A DNA stretch of 58,465 nt, taken from positions 1 to 58,465 of the forward strand of contig JAJRXJ010000388.1 of assembly GCA_024276355.1 (NCBI GenBank). Reading direction: 5' to 3'. Positions 26,592 through 36,090 of this stretch are shown one piece after another; positions within the stretch are counted from its first letter, which is position 1, and the number at the start of each line of letters is the position of its first letter. The notes beneath the pieces are model-generated. The model ran no database searches and had not been told where the DNA came from. It saw only the letters and a list, made by a program, of their open reading frames with translations. The DNA comes from Actinomycetes bacterium. GTDB taxonomy: Bacteria; Actinomycetota; Acidimicrobiia; Acidimicrobiales; Aldehydirespiratoraceae. The position numbers were made by a program, and so were the translations under genes.

Positions 26592-27751
26592 GTGGCCATG
26601 AGGATATTCGGGCCGCGCATGTCCTCGATGAGAGAGGCATCCATGCGGTTCATCACATATGCGAACGACATTCGCTGGTCGAGGTCGATGATGGCCTTGG
26701 ATCCACCCCATCCGCCCCAGTAGCAGGCGTGGGGGCTCGGAAGGGGCAGAGTTTCGTCGGGAAGTCCGTATCCCATGCCGTAGTGGGTGGGGGCCATGAA
26801 CACGTGGTCGTGGCCGTGGTACTGCGTCTCGAAGATCACATCGAGACCGTCTCGGCTGATGATGTCGACTCCGTCGAGTGAACCGCCGCAGGCCATGGCC
26901 GCATGCACCCGGGCCACCGAGCGGGCGTTGCCGAATCCGCCGGCGGCCGGAATCTCGGCGCGGCGCCAGAGGCTGGTGGCCGGCTCGGCTCCGGTCATGA
27001 TCGGATTGCCGAGCGTACGGAAGGCGATCGAATCCGGGGCCATGGTGGCGGCGGTGGCGTCGAGATCGGATGGGGTCGGTGGAATCAGGTTGCTCACCCG
27101 ATCGTCGTTGGAGGGGTCGAGACCGATGTGGAAATCGGCACCCAGCGGGCCGGCAACCTCGGTGCGGAAGAACTCGCCGATGGTGCGGCCGGTGATACGG
27201 CGCAGAATCTCACCCTGCAGGTAGCCGAGGGTGACGGCGTGATAGCCCGATTCCTCACCGGGGGTCCACCATGGAGCCTGAGCGGCCAGCAGTGAGGTGA
27301 TCTTCTCCCAGTTGCTGAGGTCGGCGGCGGTGATCTGCTCATCGAAACCCGACAGGCCGGCGGTGTGGCCCATCACGTGACGCACCAGGACGGCTTCCTT
27401 GCCGTTGGCCGCGAACTCGGGCCAGTAGGTGGCCACCGGCGCGTCCCAGTCGAGCAGGCCCCGGTCGGCCAGCATCAACATGCACAGGCCGGCCATGGTC
27501 TTGGTCGTGGAGTAGACGTTGACGATGGTGTCCTCGGCCCACTCCGGGCCGCCCGGGGCCGCGTCGCCGGCCCAAAGGTCGACAACCGGCTCGCCGTCGA
27601 CGGTGACACACACGCTGGCCCCGAGTTCGGCACCGGCCTCGAAGTTGGCGAGGAAAGCATCACGCACCGGTGCGAATTTCTCATCGCAACGGCCGTGTAC
27701 CTCGGGATTGCGGGGGAACAATGATGTGTCGGCGTCACTCGTTGTGGTCAT
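26567..27751 (-). CDS. serine hydrolase, beta-lactamase/esterase (class C / EstA-like) family
   Basis: SxxK motif YSTTKTM and the typical HVMGHTAGLSGF. Start set at MTTTSDAD (ATG 27751). The upper 208 codons of track ORF 26567..28375 are antisense to tgt. Confidence 0.85.
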   Translation of the reverse strand: MTTTSDADTSLFPRNPEVHGRCDEKFAPVRDAFLANFEAGAELGASVCVTVDGEPVVDLWAGDAAPGGPEWAEDTIVNVYSTTKTMAGLCMLMLADRGLLDWDAPVATYWPEFAANGKEAVLVRHVMGHTAGLSGFDEQITAADLSNWEKITSLLAAQAPWWTPGEESGYHAVTLGYLQGEILRRITGRTIGEFFRTEVAGPLGADFHIGLDPSNDDRVSNLIPPTPSDLDATAATMAPDSIAFRTLGNPIMTGAEPATSLWRRAEIPAAGGFGNARSVARVHAAMACGGSLDGVDIISRDGLDVIFETQYHGHDHVFMAPTHYGMGYGLPDETLPLPSPHACYWGGWGGSKAIIDLDQRMSFAYVMNRMDASLIEDMRGPNILMATYGVLLGL

Positions 27752-27847
27752 GGGATCCGATGGTAGCGAACGGTCGGCGCGTGGGCAGATCGAGCCCCGC
27801 CTAGCATCGGGTCCCGTGACTGCACCGACGATCAAGGGCCGCCCGAG

Positions 27848-28957
27848 ATGAAGGCCACGTTCACCGAGACCGCCCGGGACGGTGGCGCTCGCCGTGGGGT
27901 GGTACAGACAGCCCGGGGGACGTTCACCACCCCGCGTTTCATGCCGGTCGGCACCAGGGGGGCCGTGAAACACCTCACCAGCACCGACCTCGAAGACCTG
28001 GGTGCCGAGGTGATACTCGCCAACACATACCACCTCATGTTGCGCCCCGGTGCCGAAACCGTCGCCGCGCTCGGCGATATCCACGGGTTCGCCGATTGGG
28101 GCGGCCATGTGCTGACCGACAGCGGCGGTTACCAGATCTTTTCGCTCTCCCCGAAGTTCGACGAGAGCGGGGCCACCTTCAAGTCGACCTACGACGGTTC
28201 CACCCACGTGCTCACGCCCGAAAGTGCCGTTGGTGTCCAGGCACTGATCGGGGCCGACATCCAGATGGTGCTCGATGTGTGCCCGTCGTCGGTCGCCGAT
28301 CACAAGGTGGTTCGCAGGGCCGTCGACCTGACATCGCTGTGGGCGGGGAGGGGACGCAGGGCCTTCCTGGAGCACCCGGACGCGTCCTCCCGTCAGTCCC
28401 AGTTCGGAATCGTGCAGGGCGGCACCGACGATTCACTTCGTGCCCAATCGGCCAACCGCATCGTTGAGCTGGGGTTCGACGGTTACGCGGTCGGGGGATT
28501 GTCGGTGGGGGAGGATCGTGGAGCCATGCTCCACGGTCTCGAATCGTGCATGGACATTCTCCCGGCCGACCAGCCCAGATACTTCATGGGTCTGGGAGAT
28601 CCGGTGGGCATCGTCGAGTCGGTGGCACGCGGTGTCGACATGTTCGACTGCGTGCTGCCCACACGACTTGCTCGTCACGGCACGGTGCTGACCGATGCCG
28701 GCCGATACAACCTTCGGCGGGCCGAGTTCGCGGCGAGCGATGATCCGATCGACCCGGACTGGGCCGACAGCCCGGCCTCACGCTGGTCGAGGGGCTATCT
28801 GCGTCATCTTCTCTCGGTTGGTGAGCCGACGGCCGCCCGAGTACTCACCCTCCACAATGTGGGCTGGTTGTTGAGATTCATGGATCGAATGGCCGAGTCG
28901 ATAACCGATGGCAGATTCGAGTTCTTCCGCGCCGAGGTGCATTCGATCTGGTCATGA
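27848..28957 (+). CDS. tgt: queuine tRNA-ribosyltransferase
   Basis: ARRGVVQTARGTFTTPRFMPVGTRGAVKHL...TDSGGYQ...GLSVGE...RYFMGLGDP. Confidence 0.95.
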   Translation: MKATFTETARDGGARRGVVQTARGTFTTPRFMPVGTRGAVKHLTSTDLEDLGAEVILANTYHLMLRPGAETVAALGDIHGFADWGGHVLTDSGGYQIFSLSPKFDESGATFKSTYDGSTHVLTPESAVGVQALIGADIQMVLDVCPSSVADHKVVRRAVDLTSLWAGRGRRAFLEHPDASSRQSQFGIVQGGTDDSLRAQSANRIVELGFDGYAVGGLSVGEDRGAMLHGLESCMDILPADQPRYFMGLGDPVGIVESVARGVDMFDCVLPTRLARHGTVLTDAGRYNLRRAEFAASDDPIDPDWADSPASRWSRGYLRHLLSVGEPTAARVLTLHNVGWLLRFMDRMAESITDGRFEFFRAEVHSIWS

Positions 28958-28996
28958 TGCCCGGTGCGGTGTGTCGGCGTGGCGGCGAGATAGCCT

Positions 28997-29021
28997 GCCT
29001 TCGTTCCGTCGCTCCGAAGGC
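28997..29021 (+). terminator. hairpin GCCUUCG-(11 nt)-CGAAGGC between tgt and yajC
   Basis: A 7-bp stem followed by GAGUUUCA. It could be a weak terminator or a yajC 5'-UTR structure. Confidence 0.25.
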
Positions 29022-29032
29022 GAGTTTCACCA

Positions 29033-29353
29033 ATGAGTTTCGTAATCCTACTGGTCTTGATGGGCGCGCTGTACGCGTTCATGATCGTCCCCCAACAGCG
29101 CAAGATGAAGGCCCACAACGCCCTTCTCCAATCGCTGCAGGAGGGTGATGTCGTGGTGACCAGCGCCGGTATCTACGGTGCGATCGCCGAGGTCGAAGAC
29201 AATGTCGTCTGGCTCGAGGTGGCCCCCGACGTCGAGTTGAAGGTGCTGCGTTCGGCCATTGCCGACCGGGTCGAGAGCGGCGACGCCGACAACGATGACG
29301 CCGACAACGAAGAAGACGAAGACGAAGAAGAATCCAACGAAGAGGCCAACTGA
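29033..29353 (+). CDS. yajC: preprotein translocase subunit YajC (with acidic C-terminal tail)
   Basis: A single TM is followed by MIVPQQRKMKAHNALLQSLQEGDVVVTSAGIYG. The tail is ESGDADNDDADNEEDEDEEESNEEAN. Confidence 0.9.
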   Translation: MSFVILLVLMGALYAFMIVPQQRKMKAHNALLQSLQEGDVVVTSAGIYGAIAEVEDNVVWLEVAPDVELKVLRSAIADRVESGDADNDDADNEEDEDEEESNEEAN

Positions 29354-30864
29354 TGAGCAGACAGCTCTCCTACGCACTCGGCATCACGCTTCTCGCCCTG
29401 GGCGGGATTGTCTACACCATCGTGGGGGGCAACAGTCCACTGCTGGGTCTCGATCTGCAGGGCGGAGTGTCGGTGGTCCTCGAGCCGGCCCCGGGACAGT
29501 CCGTCGACAACAATGCACTCGACGAGGCCGTCAACATCATCCGCAATCGTGTCGACGGGCTCGGTGTGGCCGAACCGGAGATCACCCGTGACGGCCAGAC
29601 CATTCTGGTGCAGATTCCCGGTGTCGACGACACGGCGCGCGCCCTTGATCTTGTCGGGCAGACCGCCGAGCTTCGATTCCGCCCGGTCCTCGAGACCCAG
29701 AGTCCGGGGGTGGTCGCCGCGGCTCAAGACCTCGTCGACGGCAAGATCTCGAAACCCGACACCGAGACCGATGCCGAATTCGCGGCCCGTGTTGCTGCTG
29801 CCCAGGCGGTCATCGACAAGTGGACCACCACTCCCGATGCCAAGGCAGCCGAACCATCGGTTCTCGACCTGGCCACCTCGACCGGCGGATCCGAGAGGCT
29901 CAGCCTCGGCCCGGCACCTCTCATCCAGGATCAGGCCAAGAACCCGGACAAGCGGCTCACCGGCGATTCGCTCCAGACCGCCAACGCCCAGTTCAGCGGC
30001 ACCCAGGGCTGGATAGTCGCGCCCACGTTCCGGTCCGGTTCTCCTGGTATCGACGACTTCAACGCGCTGGCAACCGAGTGCTTCAATCGCACCGCCACGT
30101 GTCCAACCGGCCGGGTAGCCATCGAGATCGACGGCAAGGTCGTCACCGCCCCCACGGTGCAGGTGGCCACATTCCAGCGTGATGCCATCACCATCTCGGG
30201 GTCCTTCGACGAGTCGAGTGCAAAGGATCTCGCCCTCGTCCTCCGGTTCGGTGCGCTGCCGGTCGAGTTGGTGGCCCAGCAGAGTCAGGTGGTTTCGTCG
30301 ACTCTCGGCTCCGACGCTCTTCGTGCGGGCGTCGTGTCGGGGCTCATCGGCTTGGCTCTGGTAGCCGTCTATCTGATCGCCTACTACCGACTGATGGGCA
30401 TAATCGCCATTCTCAGTCTGGCGATTTCCGGATCGATGCTCTGGACCATCATCGCTTACCTGGGCACCACCCAGGGGTTGGCGCTGACCCTTGCCGGCGT
30501 CACTGGTCTGATCGTGTCAGTGGGTCTGTCCGTCGATTCGAACGTCGTCTATTTCGAGAATCTGAAAGAGGACGTGAGAGGGGGGCGCACCATCAGATCG
30601 GCGGTCGATCGAGCATTCCCGATCGCGTACTCCACCATCGTGAAGGCCGATATAGCCAGCCTGATCGCAGCCGGTGTTCTCTACTTCCTCACCGTTGGAT
30701 CGGTCAAGGGGTTCGCCCTCTACCTGGGATTGGCGACAATTCTCGACCTGGTGGCCACCTATTTCTTCATGGGGCCGATGATCCGGCTCCTCGCCGCGAA
30801 GGCCGGTCTCTACGAGCATCAGTCGAGATTCGGTATCCCCGCCTATGAGGAGGCAAAGTCATGA
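29353..30864 (+). CDS. secD: protein translocase subunit SecD
   Basis: LGLDLQGGVSVVLE followed by a C-terminal 6-TM SecD/F domain. TGATG overlap with yajC. Confidence 0.93.
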   Translation: MSRQLSYALGITLLALGGIVYTIVGGNSPLLGLDLQGGVSVVLEPAPGQSVDNNALDEAVNIIRNRVDGLGVAEPEITRDGQTILVQIPGVDDTARALDLVGQTAELRFRPVLETQSPGVVAAAQDLVDGKISKPDTETDAEFAARVAAAQAVIDKWTTTPDAKAAEPSVLDLATSTGGSERLSLGPAPLIQDQAKNPDKRLTGDSLQTANAQFSGTQGWIVAPTFRSGSPGIDDFNALATECFNRTATCPTGRVAIEIDGKVVTAPTVQVATFQRDAITISGSFDESSAKDLALVLRFGALPVELVAQQSQVVSSTLGSDALRAGVVSGLIGLALVAVYLIAYYRLMGIIAILSLAISGSMLWTIIAYLGTTQGLALTLAGVTGLIVSVGLSVDSNVVYFENLKEDVRGGRTIRSAVDRAFPIAYSTIVKADIASLIAAGVLYFLTVGSVKGFALYLGLATILDLVATYFFMGPMIRLLAAKAGLYEHQSRFGIPAYEEAKS

Positions 30865-31976
30865 GCATCTGGCGTGACCTCTATCGAGGCGACAACCGAT
30901 TCGACTTCCCGAAGCTGTGGAAACGAGCGGCCACCGTCTCGGCTGCACTCGTGCTCATAAGCATCGGGGCGCTGTTCGTGCGGGGACTCAATCTCAGCAT
31001 CGAGTTCGTGGGCGGCACCTCTTGGGAGGTGAGCGCCCCCAACATGTCGGTGTCCGATGCCAGAGCCGTGTTCGCGTCGGAGTCGAGCGCCGCCTCCACC
31101 ATCCAGACCGTCGGTGGCGACACCATTCGCATCCGTTCCTCGATCGAGGACACGGCCACGATCGACAAGATTCAGGCGGCACTCGCCGAGAAGGCCGGTG
31201 TAACCCCCAACGACGTGAGTGTCACCACCGTGGGGCCATCGTGGGGAAAGAGGATCACGGCCAAGGCCCGCACCGCCCTGATCTGGTTCTTCCTCATTGT
31301 CGCCGCCTACATATCGATCCGGCTCGAGTGGAAGATGGCGGTGGGAGCCCTCGCGGCCGTGATCCACGACATCGGCATATCGGTGGGCCTATACGCATTG
31401 TTCCAGTTCGATGTCACGCCGGCCACGGTGATCGCATTTCTCACGATCATGGGCTATTCGCTCTACGACACGATCGTGGTCTACGACAAGGTGCGGGACA
31501 ACGCGGCCCGACTCACGGGCACCGGTCGCTACACCTACACCGAGATGATGAACCTGTCTCTCAACCAGGTGCTCATGCGTTCGATCAACACTTCGATCAC
31601 CTCGGTGATCCCGGTCTTGTCGATGCTCACGATCGGTTCGGTGTTCTTCGGCGCCCCGACACTGCAGGAGTTCGGCATCGCCTTGGCAATCGGGATTTTC
31701 GTCGGTTCCTACTCGTCGATCTTCCTGGCCACCTACATCGTGGCTGTCATGAAGGAACGCGAGCCCGAATACCGGGCGATACGGGCCCGTGTCGAGGCCC
31801 GTTACAAGTCCGGCGGCGCCACCCGAAGTGTCAGCGCCGAGGACCGCGCCGCTCTCAGTGGACGCGGACCGGTGGCCGTGGGAGGCTCGGGGGCGGCGGC
31901 CGTACGGCCCAGGCCGGCGCGGCCGTCCCGTGGCGGCACACCCCCGCGACCCAGGAAGAAAAAGAAGAAGCGCTGA
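30861..31976 (+). CDS. secF: protein translocase subunit SecF (with basic C-terminal extension)
   Basis: LNLSIEFVGGTSWEV followed by a SecF TM domain. ATGA overlap with secD. The tail ends PRPRKKKKKR. Confidence 0.93.
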   Translation: MSIWRDLYRGDNRFDFPKLWKRAATVSAALVLISIGALFVRGLNLSIEFVGGTSWEVSAPNMSVSDARAVFASESSAASTIQTVGGDTIRIRSSIEDTATIDKIQAALAEKAGVTPNDVSVTTVGPSWGKRITAKARTALIWFFLIVAAYISIRLEWKMAVGALAAVIHDIGISVGLYALFQFDVTPATVIAFLTIMGYSLYDTIVVYDKVRDNAARLTGTGRYTYTEMMNLSLNQVLMRSINTSITSVIPVLSMLTIGSVFFGAPTLQEFGIALAIGIFVGSYSSIFLATYIVAVMKEREPEYRAIRARVEARYKSGGATRSVSAEDRAALSGRGPVAVGGSGAAAVRPRPARPSRGGTPPRPRKKKKKR

Positions 31977-31995
31977 ATCGGGTACCGTGACCGGC

Positions 31996-32559
31996 ATGGC
32001 CGGAGACCACGCCCATCGCGCTGAGCCTCGACTCGAGGAGCTGGTGCGCGACGTCCCCGATTTCCCCACACCGGGGATCGTGTTCAAGGACATCACCCCC
32101 CTGTTGGCCGATCCGCGGGCCATGGTCGAGGCGGTTCGCGCGATGGCCGATCCGTGGCGAGGATCAAACGTCGATTTCGTGCTGGGTATCGAAGCCCGGG
32201 GGTTCATCCTCGGGGCCATGGTGGCCGTCGAGTTGGGCGCCGGATTCGTGCCCGCCCGGAAGCCCGACAAGCTGCCCCGCGAGACATTCTCCGAGTCCTA
32301 CGGCCTCGAATACGGTCACGATGCCATTGAGGTTCACACCGATTCGATGCCGGCGGGCAGTCGGACATTGATCGTCGACGATGTGCTGGCCACGGGGGGT
32401 ACCGCCGCGGCGGCCGCAAGGCTCGTGGGAGCCTGTGGGGCCGAACTGGTCGGATTCGAGTTCCTCATGGAGCTCACCTTCCTCGAAGGGCGATCCCGCT
32501 TGGGGCGGACCCCAACCCATGCCGTGATCGCATACGGGCCCGCGAAGGATGCAGCCTGA
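31996..32559 (+). CDS. apt: adenine phosphoribosyltransferase
   Basis: VPDFPTPGIVFKDITPLL...GIEARGFI...LIVDDVLATGGTA. GTG 31987 is an alternative start. Confidence 0.92.
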   Translation: MAGDHAHRAEPRLEELVRDVPDFPTPGIVFKDITPLLADPRAMVEAVRAMADPWRGSNVDFVLGIEARGFILGAMVAVELGAGFVPARKPDKLPRETFSESYGLEYGHDAIEVHTDSMPAGSRTLIVDDVLATGGTAAAAARLVGACGAELVGFEFLMELTFLEGRSRLGRTPTHAVIAYGPAKDAA

Positions 32560-34787
32560 TGGCCACCGTCACCCGGGTGCTGCCATGGCGTCGGACATTC
32601 AATCGATCGGGCGCGGCTGAGATCGCCGAACTGTTGGAGGTCTACCGGGAGCGTCACCCGAAGGCTGAGACCACCCTCATAGAAGATGCCTTCGACCTGG
32701 CGGTGAGAGCCCACGAGGGCCAGACCCGAAAGTCGGGTGAGCCCTACATCCGTCATCCGGTGGCTGTGGCCACCATCGTGGCCCGGCAAGGGCTCGACGA
32801 TGTCACCATTGCCGGAGCGCTTCTCCACGACTCGGTGGAGGACACAGATGTGAGTCTCGACGAGCTTCGCGACCTGTTCGGTTCTGATCTCGCCGACATA
32901 GTCGACGGGGTCACCAAGCTCGAGCGGGTCCGCTACGACACCAAGGAGCAGCAGCAGGCGGCCTCGATGCGCAAGATGATCGTGGCCATCGCGCAGGATC
33001 TGCGGGTGTTGATCATCAAGCTCGCCGATCGTCTCCACAACCTCCGCACCATTGCCGGTATGCCGGCGTTCAAGCAGGAGCGAGTCGGACGCGAGACCCT
33101 CGATGTGTACGCGCCATTGGCCCACCGCCTCGGCATGTCGGAAATGAAGCAGCAGCTCGAGGACCTCTCTTTCGCGGCGCTGTATCCGAGGCGTTACGCC
33201 GAGATCGACCAGATGATCCACCAGCGGGCTCCGGAACGCGACCTCTACCTCGAGCAGGTCCTGGGCGACGTCCAGGGCCGTCTCGAAGAGTTGGGAATCA
33301 ACGCCACGATCGACGGCCGACCGAAGCACCTGTGGTCGATCTACGAAAAGATGGTGGTCAAGGACCGGTCGTTCGAGGAGATCTTCGATCTGATCGGCAT
33401 CAGGGTGATCGTCGAGTCGGTACGCGACTGCTACGCGGCGCTCGGATCGATACATGCCACTTGGCGGCCGGTGCAGGGCCGTTTCAAGGACTACATCGCC
33501 ATGCCCAAGTTCAATCTCTACCAGTCGCTCCACACCACGGTGATCGGCCCCCAGGGTAAGTCGCTCGAGGTGCAGATCCGAACCACCGAGATGCACAATC
33601 GGGCCGAGTTCGGTGTGGCCGCCCACTGGGAATACAAGCACGGCCGGCCCAAGGGCGAGATGGCGTGGCTCAACCGGATCGTCGAATGGCAACAGGAAAC
33701 CTCCGACCCTTCGGAGTTCATGTCCAACCTGAAGTTCGACCTCGACCAGGACGAGGTCTACGTGTTCTCGCCCAAGGGCAAGGTCATCGAGCTTCCCGTC
33801 GGGGCCACCTGTGTCGACTTCGCCTATGCCATCCACACCGATGTGGGTCACTCCTGCATCGGATCGAAGGTCAACGGACGCCTGGTGCCGCTCCACACGC
33901 GACTCTCGTCGGGCGACACGGTGGAGATCTTCACCTCCAAAGTCGAGGGGGCCGGACCCAGTCGCGACTGGCTCAAGTTCGTGGCCAGCCGCCGGGCCGC
34001 CAACAAGATCAAGCAGTGGTATTCCAAGGAACGTCGTGAAGACGCGATCGAACATGGCCGCGAAGAACTGATCCAGGCGCTGCGTCGCGAGGGGTTGCCG
34101 GCCCGGAGGGTGCTCAAGCAGACCGCGCTCCACGAGATCAGCGGGCAACTCAATTACGGCGACGACGATTCCCTGTTCGCGGCGATCGGGGAGGGCCACG
34201 TTTCGGCGCAGTCGTTCGCACGCCGGATCTCCGAGGACCTCAATCGAGAAGACAGCACCGAGCCCGAGCACGACCGTCTCCCGGCCACCATCGGCAGGCG
34301 TCACGGCACCCGTCGCCAGGGTTCCCACACCGGCGGGGTTCACGTCGAGGGTCTCGACGACATCATGATCCGGTTGTCACGATGTTGTTCTCCCGTCCCG
34401 CCCGACGAAATCGTTGGGTTCGTCACCCGTGGCCGCGGGGTGTCGGTCCATCGATCCGACTGCATCAACGCCACCGCATTGTCCGAGGGGCAGCCCGACC
34501 GCCTGATCGAGGTGGAGTGGGATGCGGATCACGAAGGCCAGTTCGCCACCACCATCGAGATCCGGGCACTCGACCGTCAGTCGCTGCTTCGCGACGTCAC
34601 CGGAGTGCTGGCTGATCACGCCCTCGACATTCTCGGCGCGGAGACCTCCACCGGCGATGATCGCATCGCCACCATGCGGTTCGAGTTCGAGCTCGCGGAT
34701 GTGAGCCAGCTCGATTCGGTTCTCTCGTCGCTGCTCGGTATCGAGTCGGTCTACGACGCCTACCGATTGGTGCCCGGCGGCGGCTGA
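32559..34787 (+). CDS. relA: bifunctional (p)ppGpp synthetase/hydrolase Rel (RSH)
   Basis: 742 aa with HD domain (LLHDSVEDT), synthetase domain (YIAMPKFNLYQSLHTTV), TGS and ACT-like C-terminus. Confidence 0.95.
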   Translation: MATVTRVLPWRRTFNRSGAAEIAELLEVYRERHPKAETTLIEDAFDLAVRAHEGQTRKSGEPYIRHPVAVATIVARQGLDDVTIAGALLHDSVEDTDVSLDELRDLFGSDLADIVDGVTKLERVRYDTKEQQQAASMRKMIVAIAQDLRVLIIKLADRLHNLRTIAGMPAFKQERVGRETLDVYAPLAHRLGMSEMKQQLEDLSFAALYPRRYAEIDQMIHQRAPERDLYLEQVLGDVQGRLEELGINATIDGRPKHLWSIYEKMVVKDRSFEEIFDLIGIRVIVESVRDCYAALGSIHATWRPVQGRFKDYIAMPKFNLYQSLHTTVIGPQGKSLEVQIRTTEMHNRAEFGVAAHWEYKHGRPKGEMAWLNRIVEWQQETSDPSEFMSNLKFDLDQDEVYVFSPKGKVIELPVGATCVDFAYAIHTDVGHSCIGSKVNGRLVPLHTRLSSGDTVEIFTSKVEGAGPSRDWLKFVASRRAANKIKQWYSKERREDAIEHGREELIQALRREGLPARRVLKQTALHEISGQLNYGDDDSLFAAIGEGHVSAQSFARRISEDLNREDSTEPEHDRLPATIGRRHGTRRQGSHTGGVHVEGLDDIMIRLSRCCSPVPPDEIVGFVTRGRGVSVHRSDCINATALSEGQPDRLIEVEWDADHEGQFATTIEIRALDRQSLLRDVTGVLADHALDILGAETSTGDDRIATMRFEFELADVSQLDSVLSSLLGIESVYDAYRLVPGGG

Positions 34788-34809
34788 CCGGCCGCTAGCA
34801 TCTGCGGTT

Positions 34810-36090
34810 GTGGCAGAGCCGAAATTCCGTGCCCCCAAGGGCACCCGCGACATTCTCCCTCCTGAGTCGGCTCGCCGGCGAGCGTTGGTCGAGGTCTTCG
34901 CCGACCGGGCATCCCGATCGGGTTTCGGCGAGGTCGTGTCTCCGATGTTCGAGGACATGGGGGTGTTCAAACGGGTCGGCGAGTCGACCGACATCGTCAC
35001 CAAGGAGATGTTCGATCTCTACGACAAGGGCGACCCTCCCCAGCATCTGGCCCTTCGCCCCGAACTCACTGCCAGCATCTGTCGGGCGTTCGCCGAGCAT
35101 CGCCCGGTTCCGCCCTGGAAGGTCTGGTACGAGGGCCCCCAGTTCCGATATGAGCAGCCCCAGGCCGGCCGATACCGACAGTTCACCCAGGTGGGTGTCG
35201 AGCTGCTCGGCACCGACGACCCCCAAGCCGACGTCGATGTCATCGCACTGGGGGCGGGCTTCTTCTCGTCGGTGGGGTTGTCGAGGGTTCGCCTGCTCAT
35301 CAACAGCCTCGGTGATCCCCAGTGTCGACCGGCCTACATGGAAGCGCTCAAGTCGTATCTCGAATCGCGCGGTTCGGATCTCTCACCCCAGTCACAGGTG
35401 ACTCTCGAGCGCAACCCGCTGCGCGTCCTCGATTCCAAGCGTCGTGCCGATCAGCCGATCATCGATTCGGCACCGTTGATGGTCGACTTCTTGAGCGCTG
35501 AGTCAGCTGAGCATTTCGAGACGGTGAGATCCGGCCTCGATGCCCTCGGAATCGAGTTCGACATCTCTCCCAGGCTCGTGCGGGGCCTCGACTACTACAC
35601 CAGGACCACGTTCGAATTCGCGGCCGAATCGCTTGAATCGTCGCAGAACGCGGTCGGCGGCGGCGGCAGATACGACGGTCTGGTGGAAGACCTCGGCGGC
35701 CCGCCCACCCCCGGTATCGGCTTCGCTCTGGGCATCGACAGGATCCTCATGGCCTGCGACTCCGAGCAGGTCTTTCCCCAGCCCCCACCCGCGCTCGACG
35801 TGTTCGTCGTCGATGTCACCGGCGGCCCCCACGCGTTGTCGGTGTGTGACGCACTCCGGGGCCGTGGACTCGGTGCCGACAGGGCCTACGGTGGTCGGTC
35901 GATGAAGGCCCAGATGAAGCTCGCCGACCGGTCGGGGGCTCCGTTCGCTGTCATCATCGGCGAAGACGAAGTGGCCTCGGGTGAGGTCACCCTGCGCGAC
36001 ATGCGCGGCGATTCCGGCCAACGTCGCGTGCCCCTCGCGGCATTGGCCGGCGAAATACGTCACCTACTCTCCCCGAAACAGGAACGATGA
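34810..36090 (+). CDS. hisS: histidine--tRNA ligase
   Basis: FRAPKGTRDILP...FRYEQPQAGRYRQF...GGGGRYDGL. Confidence 0.95.
   Translation: MAEPKFRAPKGTRDILPPESARRRALVEVFADRASRSGFGEVVSPMFEDMGVFKRVGESTDIVTKEMFDLYDKGDPPQHLALRPELTASICRAFAEHRPVPPWKVWYEGPQFRYEQPQAGRYRQFTQVGVELLGTDDPQADVDVIALGAGFFSSVGLSRVRLLINSLGDPQCRPAYMEALKSYLESRGSDLSPQSQVTLERNPLRVLDSKRRADQPIIDSAPLMVDFLSAESAEHFETVRSGLDALGIEFDISPRLVRGLDYYTRTTFEFAAESLESSQNAVGGGGRYDGLVEDLGGPPTPGIGFALGIDRILMACDSEQVFPQPPPALDVFVVDVTGGPHALSVCDALRGRGLGADRAYGGRSMKAQMKLADRSGAPFAVIIGEDEVASGEVTLRDMRGDSGQRRVPLAALAGEIRHLLSPKQER

Noticed and set aside
26567-28375. 602-aa version of the serine hydrolase ORF
   Set aside because: The upstream 208 codons overlap tgt in antisense and carry no hydrolase homology. 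The beta-lactamase-fold sequence starts at MTTTSDAD (27751), which also has a -10-like TACCAT 8 nt upstream.
31953-31973. A-rich run (aggaagaaaaagaagaag) at the end of secF as a programmed frameshift or slippage site
   Set aside because: It is 1 codon from the natural stop, no meaningful alternative-frame ORF continues beyond it, and apt starts 20 nt downstream. It is simply a poly-Lys tail. Run-length errors from sequencing remain possible.
32334-34343. 669-aa minus-strand ORF opposite rel. There are similar long antisense or alternate-frame ORFs at 4735-5793, 14667-15746, 38022-39104, 43447-44613, 30917-31990 and 9112-9987.
   Set aside because: All lie fully inside confidently identified genes on the other strand or frame. 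They lack family motifs and have the Arg/Gly/Pro-rich composition typical of off-frame translation of GC-rich coding DNA.
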